Shown here one piece after another: positions 13,811 through 27,684 of a DNA stretch of 64,000 bases (position 1 is its first letter; every line of letters starts with the position of its first letter). The notes under the pieces are model-generated. The model searched no databases. It was not told the DNA's origin and worked only from the letters and a program-made list of their open reading frames with translations. The DNA comes from Obrimoposthia wandeli (lineage: Eukaryota), in assembly GCA_977020255.1 (NCBI GenBank), contig CDROCS010000866.1, forward strand, positions 620,001 through 684,000. The letters run 5' to 3'. A program made the translations under genes and the position numbers.

Positions 13811-16800
13811 TAAAAATATTATTTAAGGAATTTTTTTAAACTTTTACAATTTTAATGATTTTCTTCAATTAGTTTTTCGTGAAGCCAGTTTTGATATTGG
13901 CGCAACGTTTTTATATTGGCTTAACGTTTAAACCTCGAGTGCTGATTGTGAAAGATGCTTTAGGAAGATACATTTTATCAAAAGAAAATATAGTAATAAA
14001 TTAAAGGTTGGTCTAAATGATTTCTTATTAAGAATAAAAAAAGCATTTCATTTGAAAGTTATATTGACATTGATAAAGTATTCAAACACGGAAAGTACAA
14101 CAAGGATAGACGAGTAAAGAAACACGATAATTAATTTTGCAAAATAATCACAATTTTTCTAATAATAAAACATACATTTCTCAATTTGGCTTAGTTTACT
14201 TTATTTTGACGCAAGTATTTTTAACTCGCAAATACAAAAAAATGAGGGAACATTGACTACAATGCTAACACATGCAATTAATACTTCAAGGCTTGTTTTT
14301 TAATTCTTTGTTGTTTAATATTCCAGAATATCAATCAAATCATGAGAAAATTATTTTAAACAAAGCCGACTGAATGATATTTAAAGTAAAGAAAAGTGCT
14401 AGTACAAGTGAACATTTACTGAAGCTCCTTTGGGTACCGATCAATGCCAGAATTGAATTCAAGATTCACATATTATCAAAAAATATATTATCTCTCAAAA
14501 GTCTCAATATGTATTTGATCTTCTAGAGCCTGGCGTACGGAGTATGTATAATATACATTGTATATGCGTCTTAGGAGCAACAATGAAGATTGCAGATTGG
14601 TTTAGAAATTCTCAAATAACAAACAGAGTGATAGATTATTTCAAATTTGTGTTCTGAATCTTTACAACAATTTACCTATGAAAATAAGAAATACTAACAA
14701 TGTTGAAAGATTCAAGAAGCAGTTGAAGGCAGAAAATATTATGAATAATCATCATTGGAAAATGTAAACCGACGTTCAGCCTAGTCAAGTGATATTGCAG
14801 GAATTCCTTGTTTACATCGTTTGACATTAATACAAGTTTTTTAAATTTGCTCAAATTTGACTTCTAACATTTTTTTCTAATTCTCTCAAGATATTAATTA
14901 AAGTTTAACATAATAATGTTTTCCCTAAATCTCTCTAACATTATTCTCATATTTTCTCATATTGCTATTTGTGTTGCAGAGCTGGATGGATCCCTAACTA
15001 GATACAGACAAGCAGACCTTAAATCAGAAGTTCCATTGCCGTTCTGCAACGATATCAACGGAATTCGCTAGAAGAACTGGCATTGACAAACTCAATCATG
15101 TCGGTTTCCCAATATGAAAAACAACAAAGACAACAAAATCTAATATTATTAAACACTTTTAGAATAATTTATTAACTTTTGCACTAAAACATATTTATTT
15201 ATTCAAAATTTCTAACCTTTGAAAAAGCGTCTAGAAGAACATATATAAGAACATATTTTAAATACACAAAATAGAGAACAAATCTGCAGTTTCAATATAA
15301 TAAAGTGTTAGATAGTCTTTTAAATCACCTTAAATAGTCACTCTAAAAATCTCTAAAATATGAAGTCCTCTGTATTTTCCTAGAAATAATTTGATAGGTT
15401 GTTAGTCGTTTTAATTTTTATTGTAACAGAAATTGATGACAGCATCTGAGATGAATTTAAGGCTTTTGACTGACTTCTGACTTGATCATCATTAGATCTG
15501 CGGTTTCTTGTTTAAATTATTAAAAGCCGAATCATTAAATCATTAATTTGCCGAAATATTTTGAATTTATAGTATTGACTAAAGTAATAGGTATAAATTG
15601 CTCTTTTCAATTTTAATACATTCAACTAAAGTAAACAATACAATTCAATAAAGGCCCACTTGAAATTAAAATATGGTAAAATTAAAATAGAAATGCACCC
15701 TATACACAGAAAATGTTCCTACTATTTTGTGTTGTTTGTTGGTCATAAGTGTTGCATTATACGGACCATTGATTCAATAAGTTTACTAAAGGCTTCTCGT
15801 GCTTTTAGGCGTATTAGAATAAAAACGTATCCTGAAAATAGAAAACATTTGTAGGTCAACTCACATAATATATATTGCAAACCAGAGTTAAATCGAACGA
15901 GAAAGCTTGACCAATCGATCAGAATCAACCAGCATATAAAAATACTGAATTTTGACATATTTACCGTGTATAATTAATACTTTGAACTATAAAACGTTTT
16001 GGACGTTGCTTGGTAGAAATTGGTGTTCTTTCTAATATATTTTTAGGTCCTTTTATAAGACATGGTTATTTTGCAGATTGTTGACAAATACTTCTTGATT
16101 ATATAAATTCTTGCAAAAATATTCAGAATTTTAAAATTTAATTTTAAATTAATTTTTACAATATAAAAAAATCTTTAATTATTTTTTTTTATTTACCGGC
16201 CTGGACGTTTCAACTTTAAATCCAATCACTTGAGACCCAGTCAATAAGACTGCGATATTTCACACAGCATTTTCAGTGTCTTTTCGGCCTCAAATTGTTA
16301 TAATGTAGTGATAATTCTTTCTTTTTAAAAAAATAACCCTTATTTAACTGAATATTATTTTTTTAATAATAAAATTATATAATTGAATATTTAGAAATCA
16401 ACGCTTGGGATATCCATTTCCAAATGTTACAAAAATTGATGCTAAATAATAGAATATGATTTTTCAAAATTTCGTTCACAGAATTAATGATTTCACCTTC
16501 ATTAATTTGTATATTTATTCTGATTTTATAATCTCTTTTAGATAAAAATTCATTTTTAATCTTTACACAATGATTCATTAAACCTTTATTTACTTCAATT
16601 CCATTTTGAAAATCAAAAGCTACCTTTATATTTGAAAAACACTTATCATTTACGAAGGGATTCTTTATTCATGTTTAAAAACGAATGAACAACTTTTAGA
16701 TCATTTTAATAACGTAAGGCTCAGTCATTTAAACTAAGAAATCTCTCAATTTAATTTTTAATTTTAGTATTTTATAATAAAATAACGAAGATATTCGAAT

Positions 16801-16835
16801 ATATAATGCAATAAAAGACGAATCATGGTCGATAG

Positions 16836-17040
16836 TCAGGATATAAACTCTTTAAGGACGTAGAAGTTGTCGGAGAGAGGCAGCGTGAAAGGGTCATCTT
16901 GAAGAGAGGTCTGATGCATGATGAGATTAGCCATAGTGCTATCGGGACTAGCGCTGTTCTGGCGGTGGTAGAATGCGGTCTGCTGCGCAAGGCATTCAGT
17001 ATGATTCATCACGATGGTATCGTTTTCATTCCACAACAAC
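16836..17040 (-). CDS. Possible downstream cytoplasmic or terminal exon of the cadherin gene
   Basis: GC-elevated island with a 67-aa open frame after a weak acceptor (cctataaag). The reading frame depends on the uncertain upstream donor, and I recognise no motif. Confidence 0.4.
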
Positions 17041-17911
17041 CTTTATAGGCCAAATATAATGTATAAAAACCGTTTCTTCTATTAAAGGTCTACCCTACAA
17101 TAATCTCCTACGCTCTAAAAATCGAGAGAATTGAGAGAAAACGCCTATGTTGGTGGAAATAAGGATTATGTTATGGATGTTATTTGTAATACGAATTTGA
17201 TGAAAATGTTCTGTTGTTTTAATTAATGATAGATATAGTGGAGGCACTTAATAAATTCTTAAAATTTCGTAGAATATTGAATTTTATTGAATTCATCTAG
17301 GACAAAACAAATCATACAAAATAAATTTATATTAAAATATATTTTCCATAAATAAACAAATTTATTAACCTTAACTTTTTAAACTTTGGTTTTACATAAT
17401 ATGTCTATTTTGACACCACTAAAACCCAAATTAAAGTATTTTGAACAAATTATAAAAAAATTTAAAACATATTCTCAAAGTGCGTAACTTTTGGATGTAA
17501 ATATTGGTCTTTTTTTGGATAGATTAAATTGTAGTTTTTCACGTTTCACATCGTATTGACGTTTTGGCGTAAATAGGAAAAATTTCAATTTTGCCAAAAA
17601 TATCGTTTTTCTTTAATTTATTTTGCTTTTGAAAAATAAACGCTTTAGTTGTATGAGCTCCTATGTTAAAACAACAGTATAAATAGTCTAGTAAATAGAT
17701 TCATTCGATCATAACATGTAAAATCACAGTGATATAGGTTGTTTAAGCACTTTAAATCACGTTCCCATTTTAGAAAGGATTAGAAAATTGTTAAAAACTT
17801 TCAAAATTTCCCTATATTTTACTTTATATTTTAACTATATTATAGTATTTAAAATAAAAATAAAATGTTTTGAGCAATGAAAGGCACTGAATGGCACTGT
17901 CTGGCACTGAC

Positions 17912-18392
17912 TATCAGTGGGTATGTCATTCGGAGGCTCGCCTACCGTGGGGTGGGGCAAGCTGTTGATGCCCAGTTCAGGGGGCAGAGAAGCAGCACAG
18001 TCCAGGAAGCTGAGGTGCTGATGGTGCCCTCCAGTCATACCGCCACCTCCCCCAAAAGCATTGCCATGGGAAGACCCCAGGCCGGAAGTGGTGGGAACAT
18101 TGCTACCTACTCGGTCGCGGGAGCGCTGCCAGCGACGATACACCATCACACACACTCCCGTTATCAGGGCACAGCACAGACAAAATGTGCCCAGTACGAT
18201 ACCCACGATTACAAACGTAGCCCGGTCCGACAGGAATCCACTGGAACCGGACTGACTGATTCCCACCTCGCTCGGACCTCCGAACTCAGAGCTTGTCGTC
18301 CGGAAGTCACCGATTACGATGCTCAGCTTTTGAATAGTGTTCTGAACTGGGCTACCACAGTCGCTAGCTCGAATGTAGATATGCTCCACACC
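17912..18392 (-). CDS. Protocadherin-like gene, exon encoding end of last repeat, transmembrane helix and cytoplasmic tail
   Basis: GVEHIYIRASDCGSP...ATFVIVGIVLGTFCLCCALITGVCVMVYRRWQRSR: a hydrophobic helix followed by basic stop-transfer residues. Acceptor ttcttctcctggatccag is clear. The donor (A|gtcagt at 17911) is my best guess. Confidence 0.85.
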
Positions 18393-21300
18393 CTGGATCC
18401 AGGAGAAGAATAACAGTAAAATATCCAGTGATATGCATTGCATTATAAATTGACAACACACGCTATTATTGAAAATAATTAGTAAATGACTTTGGATTAA
18501 GTTATCAAATTAAAGTAATTTGACTATTCACTTAGACCATGCTCGCGACCTTCAAGAACGTCGTTTAGCTATTTCTGGGAATCATAATTTTAGACAGTTG
18601 CATGAACTATTTCTGGGAATCATAATTTTAGACAGTTGCATGAACTATTTCTCCTTTAAGAGAGTTACGACTGCCTGACTTTGACTTCGTTGATAAGTTT
18701 AAGCTGATAAAACAGAGTTGTAAATAAGCTAATCTTTTCTCATGCTGACAGTTCTAATACAATCTTACTGTAGAGTATATATAAGGAATTCCTTATGTAA
18801 GTGCAATAGATAATAATCTAAAATTATAGGAATGAAAATTTTAAAATGTAGGTGTGGATTAAGTGGATTTTCAGAAAATCTGTTATACAGTCTGTGATAC
18901 AAGCAGATTATGTAAAATAAATAAGTAATCGTAAATGCAGGAAACCGCTATTTACATAAAATTCGTTTGTTAACCTCTTGTATGAATGTTGTGTGTTTGT
19001 TTTCGAATGTCTTTATTACTATTATGTCACAGTTTTTCTAAATTATATAAATGACTAGTATTGTGATTGAATATATAGCTTTTATTAACCGTTTTGTCTT
19101 CTTTAACACAGTCAAAATGTTTGGAAAAGTATTATCCATTCCTGTATAATCTCATTAATTTATGAAGGGGGAAATAATTTATTTCCCATTTATTTAAAGT
19201 GTGATATGGATATCATCGTAAAACTATTCGAAAATGCAATGAGACAAAATGAAAATAATAATTGATAAACTGTATCAAGAAACATATATAACCAAAATTT
19301 TTCTCATATTCCAAACTAGTAACACTTTCTTTTTCTACAATTTGTGAAGATAATGAAATTAAAAATGAATATTTATTGTTTCCAAATATTAAATTAAAGT
19401 TTAAATAACTTTTTCTCTATATGAAGGCATGTTCAGAAGCCAAAGATTATTTGGTTATCATGAGGAAGAATAATGCTAATTTATGCTAAGTGGGTTTTTT
19501 AACTGATTTGGTGACAAAACTCAAAAGACTTTATAAAAAAATAGAAAATAAAAAAATGCTGTTAGAAATTATTTTTTCTTTATTATTTTATAAACAACAT
19601 GATTGATTGAGGCCAATTCGCCACCCAGGTCAATTTGTCATAGATAACATATACGAGCACTCAGACGTATAGAATATGATCCTACAGTGTAGTTGAAGTT
19701 GCATCGATATTATTATAAGTACAATATAAACATAAAACTACTTTTCATTTAAGATTTATGCTTACAAGGAATGAAGCAAAATATTTGAACTCATTAAATT
19801 TTACTGTAACATTTTCTTATTTCTATTTTTTCATAAACACTACTTTGGATAACAAATTTTGCTGGAAAATTAAGTGACTATATACCTTAATAAGAACAAT
19901 GTGTATCATATTCATGAAAAAATACCTAAAGCACTGAAAATTGTTTGAGATTTGCAGGGTCATTCTGTCATGATAATTTGTTTTTTGCTGATATAACATT
20001 CTAAAATTTAAATACAAAAATATAAAGACGTCATTAACGTTGAAATTCAGTGTATAAGTAATGCATTTTTTTAACATCGTTATTATTGTTATTATTACAT
20101 TTTAGTGCCATGTAGACACGAAAATAACAAAAATAATCTCAAATAGTATCCACAAAATCTGAAGTCAGTCTTAAAAGCGGTAGCCGGGGGCATGAAAATT
20201 TCACCGGTCACAAAGGACTACAACATTCCGTTTTATGCCTCTCCGATCACGTAAGAAAGATACTGTTTATTATGGTGAAGAAGTATATAATGATCAATAA
20301 TGCACACATAGCAGAGTATTTTTAATGATCAAGAAACAAAGTTAGCCAAATGTATTCTTATTCTATCTATAAAAGACTTCCCAACCACGATAAAACAATT
20401 GCGGAAATCTGCATATAACTACGTTGTCACTTTAACGAAAAATAAAGGAATTGACTCGTTTCCAGCTTCCTGGGAGAAGATTAAATGGCTGTCGAAGATG
20501 GGTGTCTCTTATTCTCGGTGGAAAAATAACCAATTGGCTTTAAGGAAACAAATAAGGTTCGCGCTTTCAATGAAGAAAGTATCAATTCCTATTTTACCAT
20601 CCTTACAGTTGATGAAGCTTTAAAAATCAAGAAGTCATGTAATTCTCAAACGAGCAAGCCAACTACATCGATGACAGTCGATGTATCATCTACCTCAGTC
20701 ATCAACGTCAAAGACCATTAGAATGCCTTCGTTCTTGCCATATGCTAAGAAACCTTTAGCTTAAAGGAGATTTTGTGCGAAGAGCTATGCTTGTTATTCT
20801 TGTAAAAAACATGAAAGGCAAAATTCATGCTGGATTTTTACAAGTGAATTATTTGCCATCAATGCTCTGAGTATATTATGAATGGAAATATGATTTTTAC
20901 TGATATTTTAATGTTTTGTATATTTTATGTAGACAAATGTATAAAACGGTATTAATATTTTATGGGAGGGATTGACCCCAAGCTTACAGTCAAACGTTAA
21001 GCGTTTGTGTACATTTACTATTTATCTGTTTCATAAAATTAATAAATTTTCTTGTTACAATCATTTTGGAGAATCTTTTGATATATAATTAGGTAAATAT
21101 TAATAAATTGCCACTGGTTTTTTTACAATATCATATTTATTCTTTTATTTAGAATTTTTTAAAATTAAATCCTATCCGCATTAATATAAATAAAATCTTA
21201 ACAAGAAAGAATCAATTTAAAAGTTCATATAAATCAATGATCGCAAACATTTTTTTAAGCCTTTACACAATTTTATTGTCCACTATAGTCCACCAAGTCA

Positions 21301-21479
21301 AGACGTTTCGGATTTATTAGTTTTTTTGTAGAAAATAATGTTCTTTCTACGACATTTTGTGGGTCAATTTATTAGAAATAGTCAGTTTAATATTTGATTC
21401 AATAACAAATAGTAAAACAAACATAAAATCATAGTTTAATTATTTATTTATTAACAATATTTACGGCACGGTTAAAAGC

Positions 21480-22040
21480 AAATCAAACAATCTGACTTAG
21501 ATGTTTGTCTGTCCCCATCTCAAGTTGTGGCTAACGCCTTGAAGGAAATCGGGATGGACTGGCACTTGGAATACCTGTCTTCACAAAGACTACGAAGTAT
21601 GGTTTAGAGTTCACTATTTATTCTTTTCCTCGGTTTGATACCAAGTTCATCTTAGAGAAGATTTCAGAAATCCAAGCACACTCGACTTCTAAGCACTCAA
21701 CGAGCTTCCAGACTGTATGATTATTATGTCCAACAAGTTATTGAAACTTGTTTTTCATCCTTCTATGACGTTGTTGGGGAATGATTGGTCTGTGAGAGGG
21801 ACATTGTGCATGTTCCATCATGCTGGTAGGTAGATGGGTGGATAAAAATGTTATCCAACTACAATTTTCTGAAAATTAACTATTTCTTAAAAATTTACCC
21901 AAATTAACCTTATAGAAAAAACACCTTGTTCTACAAAACAAACTGGTAAGTCTGAAACGTCCTACTTTAAAAAACAGGGTGAAACGTTCTAGTTCGAAAC
22001 AACGTAGTCCAAAACTTCATAGTCCGAAACGCCCTATATC
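21480..22040 (-). pseudogene. MULE-like transposase C-terminal relic
   Basis: WNMH...IPNNVIEG*KNKF...HTVWKLVECL resembles RTNNxxEGWHxKF...HPxIWKLI. Confidence 0.5.
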
Positions 22041-23199
22041 CAACAGATAGAATCAAATTAAAACGTAAAACAGTCTTAAGATCTCTCCAGTTTATTTGCT
22101 TTTGGAGTCAATTTGGCAAGTTAGCTCTGAGTTGATCAACATATTGTCGTACAACTCCACGGGGCGCTTCAAAGATGGGATGAAAATATTTCGATTTTAA
22201 ATATAGGCAGCTGATGCCTCTTTTTTCAGAAATGTAGTACAACCTTTGTATCTGCCAACCATAATAGGACCATAGTAGCAACCATCATCAGTTTCAATTA
22301 ACAGTACATTAGCCAACGGAATCTGATGTTCCTTGCACATACGAGAGTCACAATAAAAGAGCTACTAACATTTTGAGTATGTGAGTAGATTTTCAACAAA
22401 TATCCGTTCTTCACCGTCAAAAAAAGATTAACTTTGAGTAAGGCTTTGCTATCTGAAACGATAGATTCCTTTAAATGTAAAGAGAAATTAAGTTACTCAA
22501 GGACGGCAATCAGTTGATATTTAACATCATGTGCCATTTCATAAAAACGATGTTTTATTGACTAAGGACCCAGTGGAATTGACTTAAGAATTAATGTCAC
22601 AGAAATGAACGGTGTGTGTAAAGACTAAAATACACTTGGAATTTTAAATTGTATTTTCTAGTTTAAATTCCATTTTGTACGCTAATTATGTCTTACAAAT
22701 GGCATATTTATTCAAAATTTGAATAATATATTTGAGCTTTATTTAAATTTACCGGGCGAATAAGATACTAAAGTGCAATCAAAATTTTAGTACAAAGAAA
22801 CTAGAATTACATTAACTATTTTTTAACTTTTCATAATTATTCATATCAACTTAGAAATCAAAATTTTAGAATTATGTAAATATATAGAAGGAAAATTCAA
22901 ATCACATAACCCTTATATAATTTTTTAGGAAGTTTGGTTAAAATAAGAAGAAAGAATATGCAAAGAACAATGCAAAGTTGTATAAAAAAGTGACGTTATG
23001 CATACAAAAGTGTAAGAATATAAAAAACATTTAAAATAATGTTCAAGACTTTCCTAATTAAGAAGAATTATGAAGTTACAGAATTATCATGTTCAAGCTA
23101 CAAAAAATTGTGTACAAATAAGTTTCAGCTTCAATATTCGGATGTGTCTTTCGATGTTATTCTTTACATTTTTTATTCTCGTATAACCCCGTGGAAATC

Positions 23200-23950
23200 T
23201 AAATTTCGACTGTTTACAACACGAGGCTTATACATAGGTCCATGAAAAACAAAACAATTTTTATATAAATCACTTTTTTCACCGACATCACAGAAATGAT
23301 TTGTTCACTCAAGTTGCGGTTGGCATCTTTGTAGCTATCGTCATTCTTGTTTCTGTCATCTTTTTCAATAAGGTCGTAATTTGATATATAATTTCTTGAT
23401 GAATTGGTTACCATAGAAGGATGAAGTTCCACCCATGCCTCCAAGATCCAAATGCACAAATCAATCATGGAAGCTGTGCATACATCGTACCATAAGTCAC
23501 TGCCGCATAGGAATTGTTAAAAAATATTATTAAATTACACTCTGTGACACAAATATTTACAAAACAGAAAATGTTCATTTCACATGATCCGCTTGCAAAC
23601 CCTTCTTTTCAATACCGAAATGAATCCAGCGAAATGTGCAGTCATTAATAGTTTGAAGCATGTTTTATGTAAAGATACAAAATTCTTGCATGACAATTGC
23701 CATCAATTCATTGACATTTTGAGTCTTCTATGAAATGGTTTTGGGTTTCAAAATGCCTCACAAGACACTATCACATGTCTAGTCGAGACCTCAAGGTGGC
23801 CAAGGTGTTGCACCAAAGTTCCCCTACTAAACTTATCCAGGAAGGACTTTTCTTGTGACCATGGCTGTGTGACCAGGTGCCATCTGCATAAATTGCACTT
23901 TCATCTGAGAACATGTCTCCTTTTGTTATCATATCTCTCTAATTTTCATC
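23200..23950 (-). pseudogene. Probable MULE-like transposase relic
   Basis: DCTFRWIHFGIEKKGL, LEAW and HPSM fragments in the expected order; heavily decayed. Confidence 0.4.
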
Positions 23951-24072
23951 CACATATATCAACTCGTGTTCGATGTATTTCTTCAGATTAAAATTGGATT
24001 TATGTTCCAGGATTTACATAACCCATATCTTTCTTCATTGTACAAAGTAAAATAAACGTGGTATATCTAGAT

Positions 24073-24257
24073 CAAGGGTTCCCAAAGTGGGTTCCGTATA
24101 CAGAAGCAGGGGTTCCGTGAGCCGAAATTTAATTTAAAATATTTTTATTTTTATTCTTCACTTTATGGTTTTAAGTATTTTTTTAATAGGTATGGGTTCC
24201 CATATTTTTTAAATAATACCAAAGGGTTCCGCGGCCAAAAATGTTTGGAAACCCCTG
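24073..24257. mobile_element. hAT (Charlie/Buster-type) MITE, 185 bp
   Basis: TIRs CAAGGGTTCCCAAA...TTTGGAAACCCCTG; 8-bp flanks ATCTAGAT/TTCTAGAT match the NTCTAGAN target preference. Confidence 0.85.
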
Positions 24258-24702
24258 TTCTAGATATTCTTTATATTTTTAAAACATGCTTGTTTTCAAA
24301 CAATTACACTTTCAATTTTTAAACCCTCTAAGGACCTATTATTTTAAATTAAGAACATGGTTTAAAGTGCCTTTATATTTTTATTGAAAAACAGTTTATT
24401 TTAAAACATTAATAATATTTTTCTGCACTCCTTTAATGTTTCTCACACCTTGTTGAAAAGTCCCGTTTAAAGTACGGTTAATTGGGGTATCATCTGAAAA
24501 TACTTATAAGATGACAAAAGTTTAATAGATGAGCAAATTTTTAAATAAAATTTTATGATTTTTCAATAAATATAATGACTTTTTATGTTCTGTGAATATG
24601 TTAACAAATCCTCAAAATCTTTCAATTCTCTACTGTATTACGATCATTAAGTTCTATTAGGTTTTGTAATTATATTAATTGACATCAAATACTAAGCTTT
24701 TC

Positions 24703-25437
24703 TATTGGGTACTTGAATAACCGATGTTTAGGGAAATGTATTATAAGATATAGAATATGCCTATATTTTTAGTTGATAACTATTTATACGATTGTCGTAT
24801 AAAGTTAGTTTTAAATGTATGATCAAGTGAATGTTTACATATTTAAAATGATTTACTTTCATTACATTTAAAGTGTCAAATTATGTTCCAACAAAACAAC
24901 AGCGGCGGGAAGTTTTATTTCAACATTTTAATTTGAGGAAAATTTGCCACAGTAATTCATCGTTTGCTATAACGAATTGCAAGGAATGAAATGAACAATT
25001 TAGAAATGATGATTTTGATGAGAAGACAAATAACGTTCTGAAGCATCGAAATACTTCGAAGATGAGGAATGAGAAACAGTACTTGACGGAAATCCATATC
25101 AAACACTGAAAGAGCTCTCAGAACCAATAAATGTTAATGAATCGACCATAAGAAAACGTTTGAAAGCTATGGGAATAATTCAAAAACAGCGAAATTAGCT
25201 ACCCAAAGAAATTGGCTAAAAACATTGACAGGTGTTAAATCGAATTGTTACTAGTGACTAAAAAATTAAATTTATTACGATAATCCAAAGAAACAAAAAT
25301 TATAAGTAAAATCAGGCCAACCTCAGAATCAATGTAAAAACCGAATCACCATGCAATAAGGGTATTTTGTTTATTAGATATGATCAGAAAGACATTTTGT
25401 ATTATGAGCAGCTAAAACCGTCCGAAACTACCACTGG
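24703..25437 (+). mobile_element. Mariner (Mos1-like) relic, 5' part, interrupted by the Maverick-like element
   Basis: TIR-like gggtacttgaataa; decayed transposase (NPYQTLKELSEPINVNESTIRKRLKAMGIIQKQ...YEQLKPSETTTG). Confidence 0.85.
25432..25437 (+). repeat. Left 6-bp target-site duplication CACTGG
   Basis: CACTGG immediately precedes the left TIR and recurs at 40860-40865. Confidence 0.95.
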
Positions 25438-25511
25438 AGTAGGGGGATGTGTGACTTCTGGAACAAAGACCGTGGGAAAATTTCAAGAGCGTGGGAACCC
25501 CCCCCCCGAGG
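25438..25511 (+). repeat. Left terminal inverted repeat
   Basis: AGTAGGGGGATGTGTGACTTCTGGAACAAAGACCGTGGGAAAATTTCAAGAGCGTGGGAA(C)10GAGG; reverse complement of 40786-40859 with one mismatch. Confidence 0.97.
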
Positions 25512-25530
25512 GATTTTTTTTTCCCACGGT

Positions 25531-25624
25531 GATGAGTCATCGAACAAAGACCATGAGTCATCGAACAAAGACCATGAGTCATCGATGAGTCATCGAACAA
25601 AGACCATGAGTCACCGATGAGTAA
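25531..25624 (+). repeat. Left subterminal array of GATGAGTCATC / GAACAAAGACC units
   Basis: TGAGTCA at 25533, 25554, 25575, 25586 and 25607; 21-bp and 11-bp units. Confidence 0.9.
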
Positions 25625-26829
25625 TGTCCTTTGTCATGCGACCGTGGGAACTTTCCCATGAGCGTGGGAACTTTCCCACGGTCTTGAGAATTTTCCCACG
25701 CTCAAGTCCTTTGTTCTAATAATTTTCTCAAGATCTACTATAGTAGACATGTACTTTGCAGCTCAACCATCGATGCTATTGACAAGCGGTCTTCACCAAA
25801 GGATACATAAGAGTTCGGACCTTCGACTAAGGTTGATCAGACCTTCGAGAGTTGGACCTTCAAGGGTCAAAAACCTTCAAAGGGTTCAAAATTTTTTATT
25901 TTTCTACTTTTTGATGTTATGGATAATAGACTTGGTCTGAGGTTGGTCCGACCTTCCAAGGACCTTCAAGGGTGGACCTTCAAGGGTCAAAAACCTTCAA
26001 AATTTTCAAATTTTTTATTTTTTCCAAAAAGTTAAAAATTTATTTTTTCAAAAATTTTTGTTTAAATTTTCAAAAATTTTGGCGCTAAAAATTAAAAGTT
26101 TCTAAATCACTTGTACATCATTTTTGCAAAATATTTTCTTCAAAACTTTATTACTTCAAAATCAATTACTTTTAAAACAAAGTAATAAAAAATTTACAAA
26201 ATTTATTTACCTAAATTAAGCTATGTAAATTCCATCTAATATGTTTTTTATTTGCTTACATCACGCATACATGTATGTGTGTGAATAATTAGACAGATGT
26301 TGACACGTGCAAACATAATTAAATGTATGTATGTATGTATATGTGAACATATTTGATTACTAGTAGATTAACAAATACATCAGATGACATCCCTTGCATG
26401 TATGTATATGTAACTACATCATATCAAAAATTTGTTTTAATGCATCAATTTCAATGCCCGAAAATTCAAATATATGTTTGCTATGGTTACAAGTATGTGT
26501 CATTTTTGCTACATCAAGATATATTTACTAAAATGTGGACATCACTTCATCTTATCTCTTCTCATCTAATGTTTTCTAAAGAAACTATGTAATCTTAGAT
26601 GTTAAACTGAAATTAAAAATAGATCAATATTCTACATGTTATTGATTATAGATATTAAATCTCGATTAATATATTGATATTTCTAATGTATACTGTAGTG
26701 TATTCTGATTGGTGGAAGATTGATTAAACAAGCAAACACATAGTAAACTTTGCTAAGAGAAATTGGAGTATAGTAATCCACTGGAATGTCTTCTGATTGT
26801 TGGTAGATTGCTTGAATAGTGAACTTAGA

Positions 26830-27660
26830 CTATATTAATATGTGTGTATGTATGAATACTTACAAAATTTTACAAGCTGACAGAACAAGAAAAAATAGAG
26901 ACTATTGGGTGTATGTATGCATGCATGTCTGAATACTTACAAGAAATACAAGGTATATACAGAACTCTAATTATTGTTATTAATCATTACATCTCTATCT
27001 TTTTCAATTCGAATCAATATTGTTTATCATAATAACAACTATATGTTCTATATTATGTTCTAAAAGTATTGATGTATTGAGGAAATTAATGATATGTTCA
27101 GGAAATTTACAATATTTTGATGATTCTAAAGACTAAATTAATGATATGTCCATGAAATCTATGATATTTAGGACGTTCTAAGGAAGAAATTATATGAGAT
27201 TTAGTAATATTGATTAGCATTGTTTGGAAGTTTTCAGTTGATTGAATAAATTTAGGGAACAGTATACATTGATAGAGTGTGTATAAGAAAATTGACTATA
27301 GTAATATTATATGTCTGTGTGTATGTGTGTGTGTATGAATACTTACAAAAATATATGACAAATATACCTAAGTAATATTGTATGTGTGTGTATGTGTGAA
27401 TACTTACAAAAATTTACAAGTTGAGAGAACAAGGAAAATAGAACATAGAGACCATTGGGTATGTGTGTGTGCATGTGTGTCTGAATACTTACAAGAAATA
27501 CAAGGTATATACTAAAATCTAATCATAAAACATTCCATCTCTATCTTTTTCAATTCCACATCGATATTGTTTATCATAATAACAACTATATGTTCTATAT
27601 TATGTTCTAAAAGTATTGATGTATTCAGGAAATTAATGATATGTTCAGAAAATTTACAAT
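26830..27660 (+). repeat. Internal direct duplication (about 26830-27110 versus 27390-27660)
   Basis: Shared tgaatacttacaag...ctctatctttttcaattc...ttatgttctaaaagtattgatgtatt...ggaaattaatgatatgttcag blocks. Confidence 0.8.
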
Positions 27661-27684
27661 ATTTAGATGCTTCTAGAAGAGAAC

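Noticed and set aside
17877-18413. 178-aa plus-strand ORF
   Set aside because: It is the antisense shadow of the cadherin transmembrane exon.
18560-18652. 38-bp x2 duplication, and the similar 45-bp x2 at about 53420-53510
   Set aside because: Ordinary local slippage duplications in intron DNA.
22080-22620. Coding-like minus-strand segment as a Maverick integrase remnant
   Set aside because: No DDE/rve motifs recognisable, and it lies outside the TIRs; left unassigned.
25646-25682. NF-kappaB sites (GGGAACTTTCCC x2)
   Set aside because: One base longer than the canonical GGGRNWYYCC and fully explained by head-to-head CSL-type octamers; kept only as an alternative reading.
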